From assembly GCA_040876835.1 (NCBI GenBank), contig JBBDOX010000007.1, positions 7,916-71,915 of the forward strand: a stretch of 64,000 nucleotides of DNA, in the 5' to 3' direction. This DNA comes from Candidatus Anderseniibacteriota bacterium (lineage in GTDB: Bacteria > Patescibacteriota > Andersenbacteria > UBA10190). Shown piece by piece: positions 43,989 through 52,737 of this stretch. Each line of letters begins with the position of its first letter. Within the stretch, counting starts at the first letter, position 1. The position numbers and the translations under genes are program-made. The notes under the pieces were generated by a model, which was not told where the DNA came from, made no database searches, and saw only the letters and a program-made list of their open reading frames with translations.

Positions 43989-46431
43989 ACACCTTATCGC
44001 CCTCTGTGGAAAACATGTGGATGGATTGTGGAAATCTGGAGATAACGGTTATGGACTAAGTATTTTAGGGTTTCTGGGAGCACTCCTGGTGGTCTTGTTC
44101 ACACCTAGTGTGTTGACGGCCGAAGGTGAGGGTGGGGTGATTATATCTGAAATAATGTGGGCCGGAGGGGAATATGTTGAGATATATAATAATAGTCAGG
44201 TCGCGGTGAGCCTGAAGGGTTGGAAAATTACTCGCCAGAAAAACGAGAGTGAGGAGGAAAAAACGGTTGCTCAGCTTACTTCTGACCGTATAGTGCAGCC
44301 TGGTGCCTTCTTTCTGTTGCAGGAAGTAGGGGCAACAACAGTTTCTCCAGACGAGGAACGTTCTTCTATAACACTTGTGGATACGGGAGAAGTGCTGCGT
44401 TTATATACCAAAGATGGAGTACTAGTTGATATAGCGGGGCGGTTTGAAAGTGAAGGAAGTTGGTTTGCGGGAGTGAATACTAGTGGCGGAGTATCGATGG
44501 AAAGAGTCTTATATGACGCCGATGGTGAAATAGCTGAAAGTTGGATTGATTCCCTGGGAGTTGGTGGAGGAAGGCAAGGCACGCCTGCTGAAGCCTCAAT
44601 TCAAATTACTCCCTCTCCTCCCTCCATATCCCCGTCTTCTGCGCCCTCGAGTGCGCCGGTAGCATCGCCTAGCGTTATTCCTACCCCTTATTTATCTACA
44701 GTCATTGTGAACGAGTTTCTTCCAGACCCGACGGGGGATGATACTTTGGGTGAGTTTATTGAGCTGAAAAACACTGGAACGGCTGCTGCTAACCTTGATG
44801 GCTGGCAACTGGACGATGAAGAGGGCGGCAGCCTGCCATACGGCATCCCTACAGGAACATTGATTCCAGCTGGGGAGACTATGCTGTTCATGCGCCCAGA
44901 TACAAAAATTTCCTTGAACAATGATGGTGATCAAGTGAGGTTTTTGTCTCCAGATGGAGTACTTCAGTCGAGCGTTGCTTACGATGACGCAACGTCAGGG
45001 TATGCGTATGCATACGACACCCAAACAAAAACCTACCGACAAACCACAACCCCTACTCCAGGATCGGAAAACGTCTTTACTATTCCCCCCGTACCCACTC
45101 CAAAAATTAGTAGCACTGAGAACGCTACTGGCACAGAAGAAGAGGAGGAAGTCGGTCAGTTGTCTGATGCAATTGTGATTAGCGAGGTGTTGCCCAACCC
45201 TATTGGGTCTGACACGGAAGGAGAGTTTATAGAACTCTATAACTCTGGTTCAAGTGAAATAAATCTTGTCGGATGGAGACTTGATGATGTACTGGATGGT
45301 GGAAGTATCCCATATCGTATTCCGGTTGGTACAAGGATTGGAGGCGGTAAGTTTTTAGTGTTTGAGCGAGCACAGACAAAACTAGCGCTTAACAATAGCA
45401 ATGAAACTGTCCATCTTCTTGACCCTGCTGGGACAGTAAAATCTCTAGTCTCGTTTACGGATTCGATCGCCGAAGGTGTGTCGCTAGCTCGCGCGATGGA
45501 TGGTTCTTATGTGCTGACAACTACCGTTACAAAAGGAGCTGATAACCTCATCACTGCACCAGGGAGTCTACTATTTGGAGCTGTGGGAGGGGTAAGCAGA
45601 AGGGTGCTTAGTATAGAGCAATCTAGGCAGATGCCCCAAGGTTCAATAGTGAATTTGGAAGGAGTTGTGAGTGCTGCGCCAGGAATCTTAGGAAAGGGAA
45701 TTGTCTATCTGTCCGGGTCGGGAATACAGCTGTATCTAGGAAAAGGGGAGTGGCCCCTTGTAGAGCTAGGAGAGCGGATTCGTGTTACTGGCAAGCTCTC
45801 GTCAATTGCAGGCGAAGCGCGTATTCTTGTTTCTGCTGTAAGCGACGTAGAGCGAATAAGTACTGATGAACCACCTGAACCTCATATTGTAAAAACCAGT
45901 GACATACGCGAGGAACTCGAAGGGTTTTTAGTTGAAGTTCAAGGATTGATAACGCGTTCTAGCGGATCAACTTTTTATATTGACGATGGTAGTGGCGAGG
46001 CACGGATTACTGTTAAAGATTCAACAGGAATAAAAAAGCCTCGTACTTCCAAAGGGATGGCAGTGCGGATAACCGGAATAGTTTCACAAACCGCTGGTGG
46101 GTACCGGATCCTCCCTCGTTTCCAGGGCGACTTGGTTATAGGAGGCGGAGTTGTATCTTCTACAAAAGTAACAACCCGATCTTCTTCTGCGTCTGCTCCT
46201 GCGGATTTATCAGCCGAATCTACTGCTGATCCTATCAATGTATTTGAAGCGGGGGATGTTTCGTATGCAGTGGAATGGGCACAAGGGGGCGGAGCAGCGA
46301 CAAAGTCAAAGCAGAACATATTTGTTGTTTTTGGAGTTGGCGCCGCTTTATTTCAGGCTGCAGGTGCTGCCGCCGCAGGAGAGCCATTGCTAAGGAGCCG
46401 CAGGCTTGCTACAAAAGAACAATGGCAGTAG
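43972..46431 (+). CDS. Lamin-tail-domain (LTD) repeat surface protein
   Basis: An N-terminal TM is followed by three LTD-like modules ('VIISEIMWAGGEYVEIYN...LKGWKI', 'VIVNEFLPDPTGDDTLGEFIELKNTGTAAANLDGWQLDD', 'IVISEVLPNPIGSDTEGEFIELYNSGSSEINLVGWRLDD'). The C-terminus has a hydrophobic tail. Confidence 0.6.
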   Translation: MNKGTKHLIALCGKHVDGLWKSGDNGYGLSILGFLGALLVVLFTPSVLTAEGEGGVIISEIMWAGGEYVEIYNNSQVAVSLKGWKITRQKNESEEEKTVAQLTSDRIVQPGAFFLLQEVGATTVSPDEERSSITLVDTGEVLRLYTKDGVLVDIAGRFESEGSWFAGVNTSGGVSMERVLYDADGEIAESWIDSLGVGGGRQGTPAEASIQITPSPPSISPSSAPSSAPVASPSVIPTPYLSTVIVNEFLPDPTGDDTLGEFIELKNTGTAAANLDGWQLDDEEGGSLPYGIPTGTLIPAGETMLFMRPDTKISLNNDGDQVRFLSPDGVLQSSVAYDDATSGYAYAYDTQTKTYRQTTTPTPGSENVFTIPPVPTPKISSTENATGTEEEEEVGQLSDAIVISEVLPNPIGSDTEGEFIELYNSGSSEINLVGWRLDDVLDGGSIPYRIPVGTRIGGGKFLVFERAQTKLALNNSNETVHLLDPAGTVKSLVSFTDSIAEGVSLARAMDGSYVLTTTVTKGADNLITAPGSLLFGAVGGVSRRVLSIEQSRQMPQGSIVNLEGVVSAAPGILGKGIVYLSGSGIQLYLGKGEWPLVELGERIRVTGKLSSIAGEARILVSAVSDVERISTDEPPEPHIVKTSDIREELEGFLVEVQGLITRSSGSTFYIDDGSGEARITVKDSTGIKKPRTSKGMAVRITGIVSQTAGGYRILPRFQGDLVIGGGVVSSTKVTTRSSSASAPADLSAESTADPINVFEAGDVSYAVEWAQGGGAATKSKQNIFVVFGVGAALFQAAGAAAAGEPLLRSRRLATKEQWQ

Positions 46432-47456
46432 CAAATACATCAGTTGAGGGCGCTCGAGTAGTAGTATTGGGTGGAGGAAACGGAACCTCCCGTTTACTGC
46501 AAGGGCTTATGCCTTTATTAGAGGAGGGGCAAATTGCTTCGCTTCATGCGTTAGTGCAAATGGCTGACGACGGAGGATCAACTGGCAGGCTGCGAGAACA
46601 ATATGAAGTAGGGGCGATGGGAGATTTATCTAAGTGTATGCTGGCTTTATCGGGCTTACGTGGAGATATCCGAGGAGAAAAATTCCTAAAAGCCCTTGAA
46701 TATAGGTTTTCAGATGGGGATTTCAAAGGGCATACCTTGCGCAATGCGTTGTTGGCAGCGCTTGAACTGACAAGCGATCTCGATAGTGCAATCGCTACAT
46801 TTGCCCGTGTATTGCAGATCCCCAAATATGCAGGCGTGGTTCCCACCACTCTGGTACCGTTAACGCAACAGGTGAAACGAGGGCAGGAAGTACTTGGCGA
46901 AGGCGAGCATTTTATTGCCCATAACGTTGATATGCAGAAACAAGGCGAGCAGCCAGGGGATGTTAAGGCAGCTTTTAAAGAAAAGGATATCTCACTTAAT
47001 CCCCGAGCTAGGAACGTTTTATCGAATGCCACACACATTATCGTAGCTCCCGGTCATACCTACGGCACGATTCTGCCGGCCTTGGCGTCACTACAAATAG
47101 ATTCCAATTTTGCCTTTAAAGAGTTGCAGGCTCATATTCTGGTTGTAATGACGCTTTTGACAACCCCTAGACAGACTGAGGACTGGAGTGGAGAAGATTT
47201 TGTAACGGTGTATGAGGAGTGTTTAGGACGACCAGTCGATACAGTTATTGCCAATACTGGGCGTGCAAGCGTAAGTATGGTGGAAGGACAGGAGTGGGTG
47301 ACTTTTGAAGAGCAGACACATCCTTACCAGCTAATCAAGGCAGATTTAGTTGATACAGAACGACAGGTATCTCCGGCAGGGGACATGGTACCGCGCGCCA
47401 TTGTTATTCACGATGCAGCCAAGATCCAACAAATTCTTACCCCTCTTCTAATTTAA
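46422..47456 (+). CDS. YvcK/UPF0052 (CofD-like) family protein
   Basis: 'ARVVVLGGGNGTSRLLQGL' and 'MADDGGSTGRLRE' are present. The ATG at 46422 overlaps the end of the LTD gene. Confidence 0.75.
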   Translation: MAVANTSVEGARVVVLGGGNGTSRLLQGLMPLLEEGQIASLHALVQMADDGGSTGRLREQYEVGAMGDLSKCMLALSGLRGDIRGEKFLKALEYRFSDGDFKGHTLRNALLAALELTSDLDSAIATFARVLQIPKYAGVVPTTLVPLTQQVKRGQEVLGEGEHFIAHNVDMQKQGEQPGDVKAAFKEKDISLNPRARNVLSNATHIIVAPGHTYGTILPALASLQIDSNFAFKELQAHILVVMTLLTTPRQTEDWSGEDFVTVYEECLGRPVDTVIANTGRASVSMVEGQEWVTFEEQTHPYQLIKADLVDTERQVSPAGDMVPRAIVIHDAAKIQQILTPLLI

Positions 47457-47497
47457 ATACACTCACAGATTACCGATCATGTGTCATACTAAGGAGC

Positions 47498-49177
47498 ATG
47501 GTTGTGAATTCCAATACAGGTGAAGATATAGGCGAAGAGTTGTCGGCACGTCTACACCGACTAGAATATGAACAGCAGGAAAGGCTTGCTCAGCATCGAG
47601 CTGAGCAAGCTCAGTTGCCGTACCTTAGCCTGGTAATATTTCCTATCAATTCTGAGGTAGTGGAGATGATACCTAAATCACAGGCTGAGGCTGCTGGAGC
47701 AGTACTGTTTTATAAGCAAGGACAGGATATTCGTTTGGGGGTTGTGAATCCAGGAACGGCGGCCGTAGAAGAGATAGTGCAGTATTTAACCCAGCGCTTT
47801 GGTATTCCTCCTCAGCTATATGTTATATCTCATCGCAGTTTAATAAGTGTTTTGGCGCGGTACCGTCGTGAGCACGAGGAGGAAGTAGTGCCACAGGGCG
47901 AAGTTCGAATTGCTCAGGAGGAAGTTGCAGCCTTCGAAGAAGTGCTACAGAATTTGGAGGATCTCGGTCGCCGGATTACATCTTTGCCACCAACGGAAAT
48001 TCTTAACACGATCGTTGTTGGGGCTGTCAAAGTAGGAGCGTCTGATATCCATATTGAACCCCATGAGAAAGATGCACGCTTGAGGTTTCGTATTGATGGA
48101 GTGCTGCAGGACGTGACTTCATTCGATCGCGAGGGATGGTCGCTGCTCTTGTCGCGTGTAAAGGTCCTTGCCCAGCTTAAACTCAATGTGCGTGACGTGC
48201 CCCAGGATGGCAGTTTTGTACTGCGCGTGGCGGAAGAAGTGTATGACATGCGCTTGTCGGTGCTCCCCGGTGGATATGGTGAAAACATCGTGGTTCGAGT
48301 CTTGGATCGGAAAAGTCAGGCAGTTCGAATAACCGATTTAGGAATGAAAGATCGTGATTTTAATTTAGTTAAACAAGAGCTTAGAAAAGTAAACGGAATG
48401 ATACTAGTGACTGGTCCTACGGGGTCAGGGAAAACGACAACCCTAGCTTCATTTATATCCGAGGTTAACAAGCCCGAACTGAAGGTCATTACTTTAGAGG
48501 ATCCAATTGAGTATCGCTTGGCGGGAGTAGAGCAGACGCAGATTGACGTGGATGCCGGCTATACATTTGCCAAGGGCCTACGATCTATTTTGCGTCAAGA
48601 TCCTGACATTATCATGATTGGGGAGATGCGCGACACAGAGACGGCGGAAACAGCTGTTCACGCTGCCTTAACCGGACATTTGGTTTTCTCCACTTTGCAT
48701 ACCAACAACGCAGCAGGTGCTATCCCGCGTCTGGTTGATATTGGGATTAAGCCGTTTGTATTGGGGCCAGCTCTTAATATGGTTATTGCCCAACGCTTGG
48801 TGCGAGTAGTGTGCTTACAGTGTGCACAAGAGTATGTTCCCGGTAATGACGAACGAGAAAGCATCCGAAATGTTATGCGGGGAATACGGAAAGATATCTT
48901 CGACCCAGCAGTCCTTGATAACAAGACCCTGACTTTTAAAAAGGCCGTGGGCTGTGCAGCTTGCGGTAAGACAGGGTATAAAGGCCGAAAAGGTGTATTC
49001 GAAATTTTCTCTATTGAAGGCAGTATGGAGGAACTAGTACTCCAAGGCGCTGATGCTGGGCATATTCAGGAAGAGGCGCTTAAGCAGGGTATGACAACTA
49101 TTGCTCAGGATGGATACTTAAAAGTTATTGAGCATATCACTACTACTGAAGAAGTCGCACGTATTTCAGAAGAATAA
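47498..49177 (+). CDS. GspE/PilB-family secretion ATPase (type IV pilus assembly ATPase-like)
   Basis: Walker A 'VTGPTGSGKTTTLASFI', 'ITLEDPIEY', 'ILRQDPDIIMIGEMRD' and the tetracysteine motif 'CLQC...CAAC' are present. Confidence 0.85.
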   Translation: MVVNSNTGEDIGEELSARLHRLEYEQQERLAQHRAEQAQLPYLSLVIFPINSEVVEMIPKSQAEAAGAVLFYKQGQDIRLGVVNPGTAAVEEIVQYLTQRFGIPPQLYVISHRSLISVLARYRREHEEEVVPQGEVRIAQEEVAAFEEVLQNLEDLGRRITSLPPTEILNTIVVGAVKVGASDIHIEPHEKDARLRFRIDGVLQDVTSFDREGWSLLLSRVKVLAQLKLNVRDVPQDGSFVLRVAEEVYDMRLSVLPGGYGENIVVRVLDRKSQAVRITDLGMKDRDFNLVKQELRKVNGMILVTGPTGSGKTTTLASFISEVNKPELKVITLEDPIEYRLAGVEQTQIDVDAGYTFAKGLRSILRQDPDIIMIGEMRDTETAETAVHAALTGHLVFSTLHTNNAAGAIPRLVDIGIKPFVLGPALNMVIAQRLVRVVCLQCAQEYVPGNDERESIRNVMRGIRKDIFDPAVLDNKTLTFKKAVGCAACGKTGYKGRKGVFEIFSIEGSMEELVLQGADAGHIQEEALKQGMTTIAQDGYLKVIEHITTTEEVARISEE

Positions 49178-49182
49178 AAAAG

Positions 49183-49203
49183 AGATCGCGGGTTGCGCGA
49201 TCT
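49183..49203 (-). terminator. Rho-independent terminator (minus-strand orientation)
   Basis: Stem 'agatcgcg'/'cgcgatct' with loop 'ggttg'. The plus-strand A-run at 49176-49182 becomes a T-run after the hairpin on the minus strand. Confidence 0.5.
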
Positions 49204-49218
49204 GGGTGGGTGAGAGGA

Positions 49219-49365
49219 TTATCGAGCAGGTTCAGCAGGAACCAGCACCTTTTCGTGCTTCTCCTTATCGAACTCCGGGCCTCCCTCGGCAGTCATTCTG
49301 CCCTTCGCCTCTTCCTCTGCCCTCTGCTCCTCTTCTTGAGTGTTGTGGCTAGTATGGTCGCGCAC
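49219..49365 (-). CDS. Small acidic protein (hypothetical, about 49 aa)
   Basis: A GTG start is preceded by a strong SD 'aaggagg' 8 nt upstream. The product is 'VRDHTSHNTQEEEQRAEEEAKGRMTAEGGPEFDKEKHEKVLVPAEPAR'. A terminator follows 16 nt downstream. The ORF track shows the longer version 49219-49407. Confidence 0.3.
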   Translation of the reverse strand: MRDHTSHNTQEEEQRAEEEAKGRMTAEGGPEFDKEKHEKVLVPAEPAR

Positions 49366-49437
49366 GGCGCACCTCCTTGTACTGAAAGGACGTAAGCAGA
49401 ATATCACTATAAATCAGCCCGCTTGGACTCTGCAAGC

Positions 49438-50583
49438 TTACGGCAGGATTGATCGAACTCGTCCTAGTGTTATTTGTTCTGCCTCGTTCAGGGATGCTGC
49501 CTGCAGAGTGAAAGTTAAAGCCCCGTTTTCCTTTTGGGCCTCGAGTTGTTCCTGAATCTCTCGCTTTCTCTTGATGAGTCCTTTACCAACCAAGACATAC
49601 ACCCGATACGCACCCGGATCAGTTTCGTGGAGTAAAAAGGCGACGTTGTAGCCCGAAATATTATTAGTTAGCTCATGCATTGCCTCGGGGATATGTTCGG
49701 GGGTAGCGCCGCTCTCCTGGAAATCAGTTGAACGTAACAGGCTCCAGAAGAGTTTTCCGTGTTCGTCGTGTCGCAGGCGAGCGTATAGGCGGCCGGTGAG
49801 TTTTAATAAGTAAAGAGGCTTAGTTTTGACCAGGTTTTGAATCACGGTTTCCTTGTCAGCCTCCTGTTCCATCAATTTAGCGGCTATTTCAAATGCATGC
49901 GGGTTGGTTGACGGTTTTTGAAACGATTCGGTAGCTCCAACAATTCCTGCATACAGCGCAGTAGCAATATTCCCTCCAATGGTGACCTCAGGCATCTCGG
50001 TAACGAGCTCGTAGACAATTTCTGCTATAGAAGAGCGAGTGATATCGATTAGGTTGACCATCCCAAAGTGCTCATTATCAGCGCGATGGTCAATATTGAT
50101 GACAGGGATGTTGTAGAAAAAATCTGCGTGATTAGTAAAAAGATCCCCCAACGTTTCTAAATCTGAGGCTCCGCATATAACAACTGCGTCGTATGCCATC
50201 TGCCGTACGTGGACTTCAATGTCGTCCTTATTTAAAACAGAGCCGGCAGGTAGGGTGAGGTGCAGGCGAAGCCCTCCTGTGAGAGTTTCGGTACGAGTAT
50301 CGGCAATGAGTTCCGGTCCGGCAATGTCTAAGACAATTTCTGGAGTGATATTAGGCTGTGTTTGAACCTGAGAAGATCCTGGAAGGAACTGGAGGTGTGC
50401 GGGGACGTGGGAAGAGCTAACGGCGTCTATGGTGCCTTTGTGGGACTCCAGCAAGGCAAGATAAAGAGCAACCATGGAGGAAAAAGCGTCTGTCGTAGGT
50501 TTCTCTGGGACCAGGAGTAGAACGCTTGTGGCTTTCTGGAGAACATGAATTGCTTGTTGAGTTTCGGCCAAGGCCATGGGCAA
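49438..50583 (-). CDS. DHH/DHHA1-family phosphoesterase (second NrnA-like paralog)
   Basis: 'VVICGASDLE' and 'INIDHRADNEHFG' form a DHH-type motif with R in place of the second H. The C-terminal region is DHHA1-like. Confidence 0.7.
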   Translation of the reverse strand: MPMALAETQQAIHVLQKATSVLLLVPEKPTTDAFSSMVALYLALLESHKGTIDAVSSSHVPAHLQFLPGSSQVQTQPNITPEIVLDIAGPELIADTRTETLTGGLRLHLTLPAGSVLNKDDIEVHVRQMAYDAVVICGASDLETLGDLFTNHADFFYNIPVINIDHRADNEHFGMVNLIDITRSSIAEIVYELVTEMPEVTIGGNIATALYAGIVGATESFQKPSTNPHAFEIAAKLMEQEADKETVIQNLVKTKPLYLLKLTGRLYARLRHDEHGKLFWSLLRSTDFQESGATPEHIPEAMHELTNNISGYNVAFLLHETDPGAYRVYVLVGKGLIKRKREIQEQLEAQKENGALTFTLQAASLNEAEQITLGRVRSILP

Positions 50584-50682
50584 ACGTTATTATATGTGAA
50601 AATCTAACCATTCTATCGCCTGGAGAAAGGAAAAGAAAGTGTGAATATGTGGACAAGAGCGGAAAGCGACAGCAGGCACTAG

Positions 50683-51135
50683 TTATGTGACCTGTTTGAA
50701 GCCAAATTTGCTATAGAATGCTGGCAACTGCCCATTATTTTTATCTGGATCGCAATTGAGAATTACCCACTCTATCTGCTGAATTTTGGCTTCCGTCATG
50801 ATGCGATTCATAATGGCAGATCCAACGCCTTTCCCTTGTTTAGCGGGGTCAGTCATGACGTATTCTATAAGCCACTTACGGCCGACTTCTATCACAAAAG
50901 CTGATGCAATGTAGTGCCCATCTTCGTTTGTTGCTACTGCAAACCAGGTCGCGTGTTGTACGACGCGCTGGTATTTTCCGTGAGTGTTAAATGATTGCCA
51001 TAATACACTGTCGTGTACTTTCACGAGTTCTTCTTGTTGCCAGAAATCTACAGCTGATAGCCATTGCATCTGAGTCGACAATGGTTGCTTGGTGTACTGA
51101 CTAGGATTTGCCACCATTAAAATATCTTGAGACAT
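50683..51135 (-). CDS. GNAT-family N-acetyltransferase
   Basis: 'IEYVMTDPAKQGKGVGSAIMNRIMTEA' is the acetyl-CoA binding motif (Q/R-x-x-G-x-G/A). Confidence 0.7.
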   Translation of the reverse strand: MSQDILMVANPSQYTKQPLSTQMQWLSAVDFWQQEELVKVHDSVLWQSFNTHGKYQRVVQHATWFAVATNEDGHYIASAFVIEVGRKWLIEYVMTDPAKQGKGVGSAIMNRIMTEAKIQQIEWVILNCDPDKNNGQLPAFYSKFGFKQVT

Positions 51136-51140
51136 ATTCT

Positions 51141-51839
51141 TTAGTTTAATCTTCGGTAACTTTTTGTTTCCTTCAATTCTTCTACAACGTGAGCTGCTGC
51201 ACCAACCATTCGAGAAATCACAAAAAGCGCCTTTCCGTAAGCGGGATCAAGCTTAACTTCTAGCATGCCAGCGGCCATAGCTCCATCCACGTTAAGGGGG
51301 AGTTTTTTGCCTTTCTTCTCTCTAAACTGCTCCTCAATTTTGTAGGCTTTTTCAAAGAAGAGACAAGAGAATCCAAGTGCTTGCGCTTTGCTGTATAAAG
51401 CGGTTGCTCGAGGATCTTCCTCTTTATAAACTTTATGCCCTAGTCCTGGAATAATTTGTTTCTGTTCCAATCGTTCAGCCACAATTTCCTCAGCCGACTT
51501 ATCATTGGCGATCATTCTAGCAGCGGCTTCAATAGCGCCGCCGTGTTTTTCACCAACGGTCAGAGCACTAGCTGCCAAGGCAACATTCATAGCATTACCT
51601 GTGCTGGTCACAACCCGTGGTACAAAAATCGATGGAGCTTCAATACCATGCTCTACTGTAGCAATCATCATTGCTTCAAGGAGCATTTTCTCGTTCTGTG
51701 TTGGTAAATCTTCTCGCCATAGCAAAAACAGCGTGTCAGTAAGTGAATGCTGCTTGATGAGATCAACTATTCGATGTCCACGAATACTATGCTGGCCATC
51801 CTCGTTACTGCTAATAGAAGTTTCAATATCGAGTGTCAT
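51141..51839 (-). CDS. Citrate-synthase-family small protein (citryl-CoA lyase-like)
   Basis: 'PGLGHKVYKEEDPRA', 'LNVDGAMAAG' and 'ALFVISRMVGAAAHVVEE' match the citrate synthase C-terminal catalytic region. It overlaps the SucD-like gene by 4 nt. Confidence 0.6.
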   Translation of the reverse strand: MTLDIETSISSNEDGQHSIRGHRIVDLIKQHSLTDTLFLLWREDLPTQNEKMLLEAMMIATVEHGIEAPSIFVPRVVTSTGNAMNVALAASALTVGEKHGGAIEAAARMIANDKSAEEIVAERLEQKQIIPGLGHKVYKEEDPRATALYSKAQALGFSCLFFEKAYKIEEQFREKKGKKLPLNVDGAMAAGMLEVKLDPAYGKALFVISRMVGAAAHVVEELKETKSYRRLN

Positions 51840-52735
51840 AAAACCTTTTTTAATAATACAGGAATATCTTCAGGGGTTGTGGCGATTTGAACGCCAGCTT
51901 TCTTGAGAGCATTAATCTTGGATTTGGCGGATCCTTTCCCTTTGCTTACGATGGCACCGGCGTGGCCAAGTACCGTGCCTTGAGGAAGGCTACGAGAAAA
52001 ATCCCCGGCGATTAAGGCAACTATGGGTTTGGTAATTTCTTTTTTTAGGATGGCGTCAGCTAGTTCTTCTTCGTAGGTTCCTCCAACCTCTCCAAATACA
52101 ACTATGGCTTTAGTTTGGCTATCCTTCTCGAACAGATGGGCACAGTCCACAAAAGTTGTTCCTAGTAATACGTCACCTCCGATTCCGATGGCAGTACTTT
52201 GACCGAGACCGGCGGCGGTAATGATACGAGAAAGTTCCGCAGTCATACCACCGCTTTTAGAGATAATCCCGATTGCTCCTTTCTTAAATACGCGATCCAC
52301 GAGCTCAGAGGCACCTATGGCTCCAATTTTAGCTTTGGCTGGGGATATAATCCCAACCGAACTTGGACCTACTACCCGTACATTTCGTTCTTTGCCCAAA
52401 GCAATAACTTTAGCCACGTCAGCTACGGGGATTTTTTCGGTGAGTATATTTACCAAAGGAATGTCGTTCCAGATTGCTTCCATGGCAGCATCCGCTGCAA
52501 ATTGAGCGGGGACAGCAACTAGGCTGGTGTTAACAGTTGGATGGTAGTGAAGCGCCTCTTTAATAGAATTATAAACCGGAATTCCATGTTTGGTCTTTTG
52601 CCCTCCCTTGCCTGGAGTTACACCCGCAACAACGGCAGTTTTGTAGTGCAGCATCTCAGATGCGGCACGGGATCCTTCATGGCCGGTAATGCCTTGAATC
52701 AAAGAAATGGTATTTTGGTCGACAAGAATACTCAT
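51836..52735 (-). CDS. Succinyl-CoA synthetase alpha-subunit-like CoA-binding protein (SucD / citryl-CoA synthetase small subunit-like)
   Basis: 'IQGITGHEGSRAA', 'GVTPGKGG', 'GIISKSGGMTAE', 'GQSTAIGIGGD' and the phospho-His loop 'LGHAGAIV' are present. Confidence 0.85.
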   Translation of the reverse strand: MSILVDQNTISLIQGITGHEGSRAASEMLHYKTAVVAGVTPGKGGQKTKHGIPVYNSIKEALHYHPTVNTSLVAVPAQFAADAAMEAIWNDIPLVNILTEKIPVADVAKVIALGKERNVRVVGPSSVGIISPAKAKIGAIGASELVDRVFKKGAIGIISKSGGMTAELSRIITAAGLGQSTAIGIGGDVLLGTTFVDCAHLFEKDSQTKAIVVFGEVGGTYEEELADAILKKEITKPIVALIAGDFSRSLPQGTVLGHAGAIVSKGKGSAKSKINALKKAGVQIATTPEDIPVLLKKVL

Positions 52736-52737
52736 AG

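Noticed and set aside
47498-49177. Calling the GspE-family ATPase specifically PilB (type IV pilus) rather than a T2SS or competence ATPase
   Set aside because: Family membership is clear. The subfamily cannot be resolved without neighbouring pilus or secretin genes or a phylogeny.
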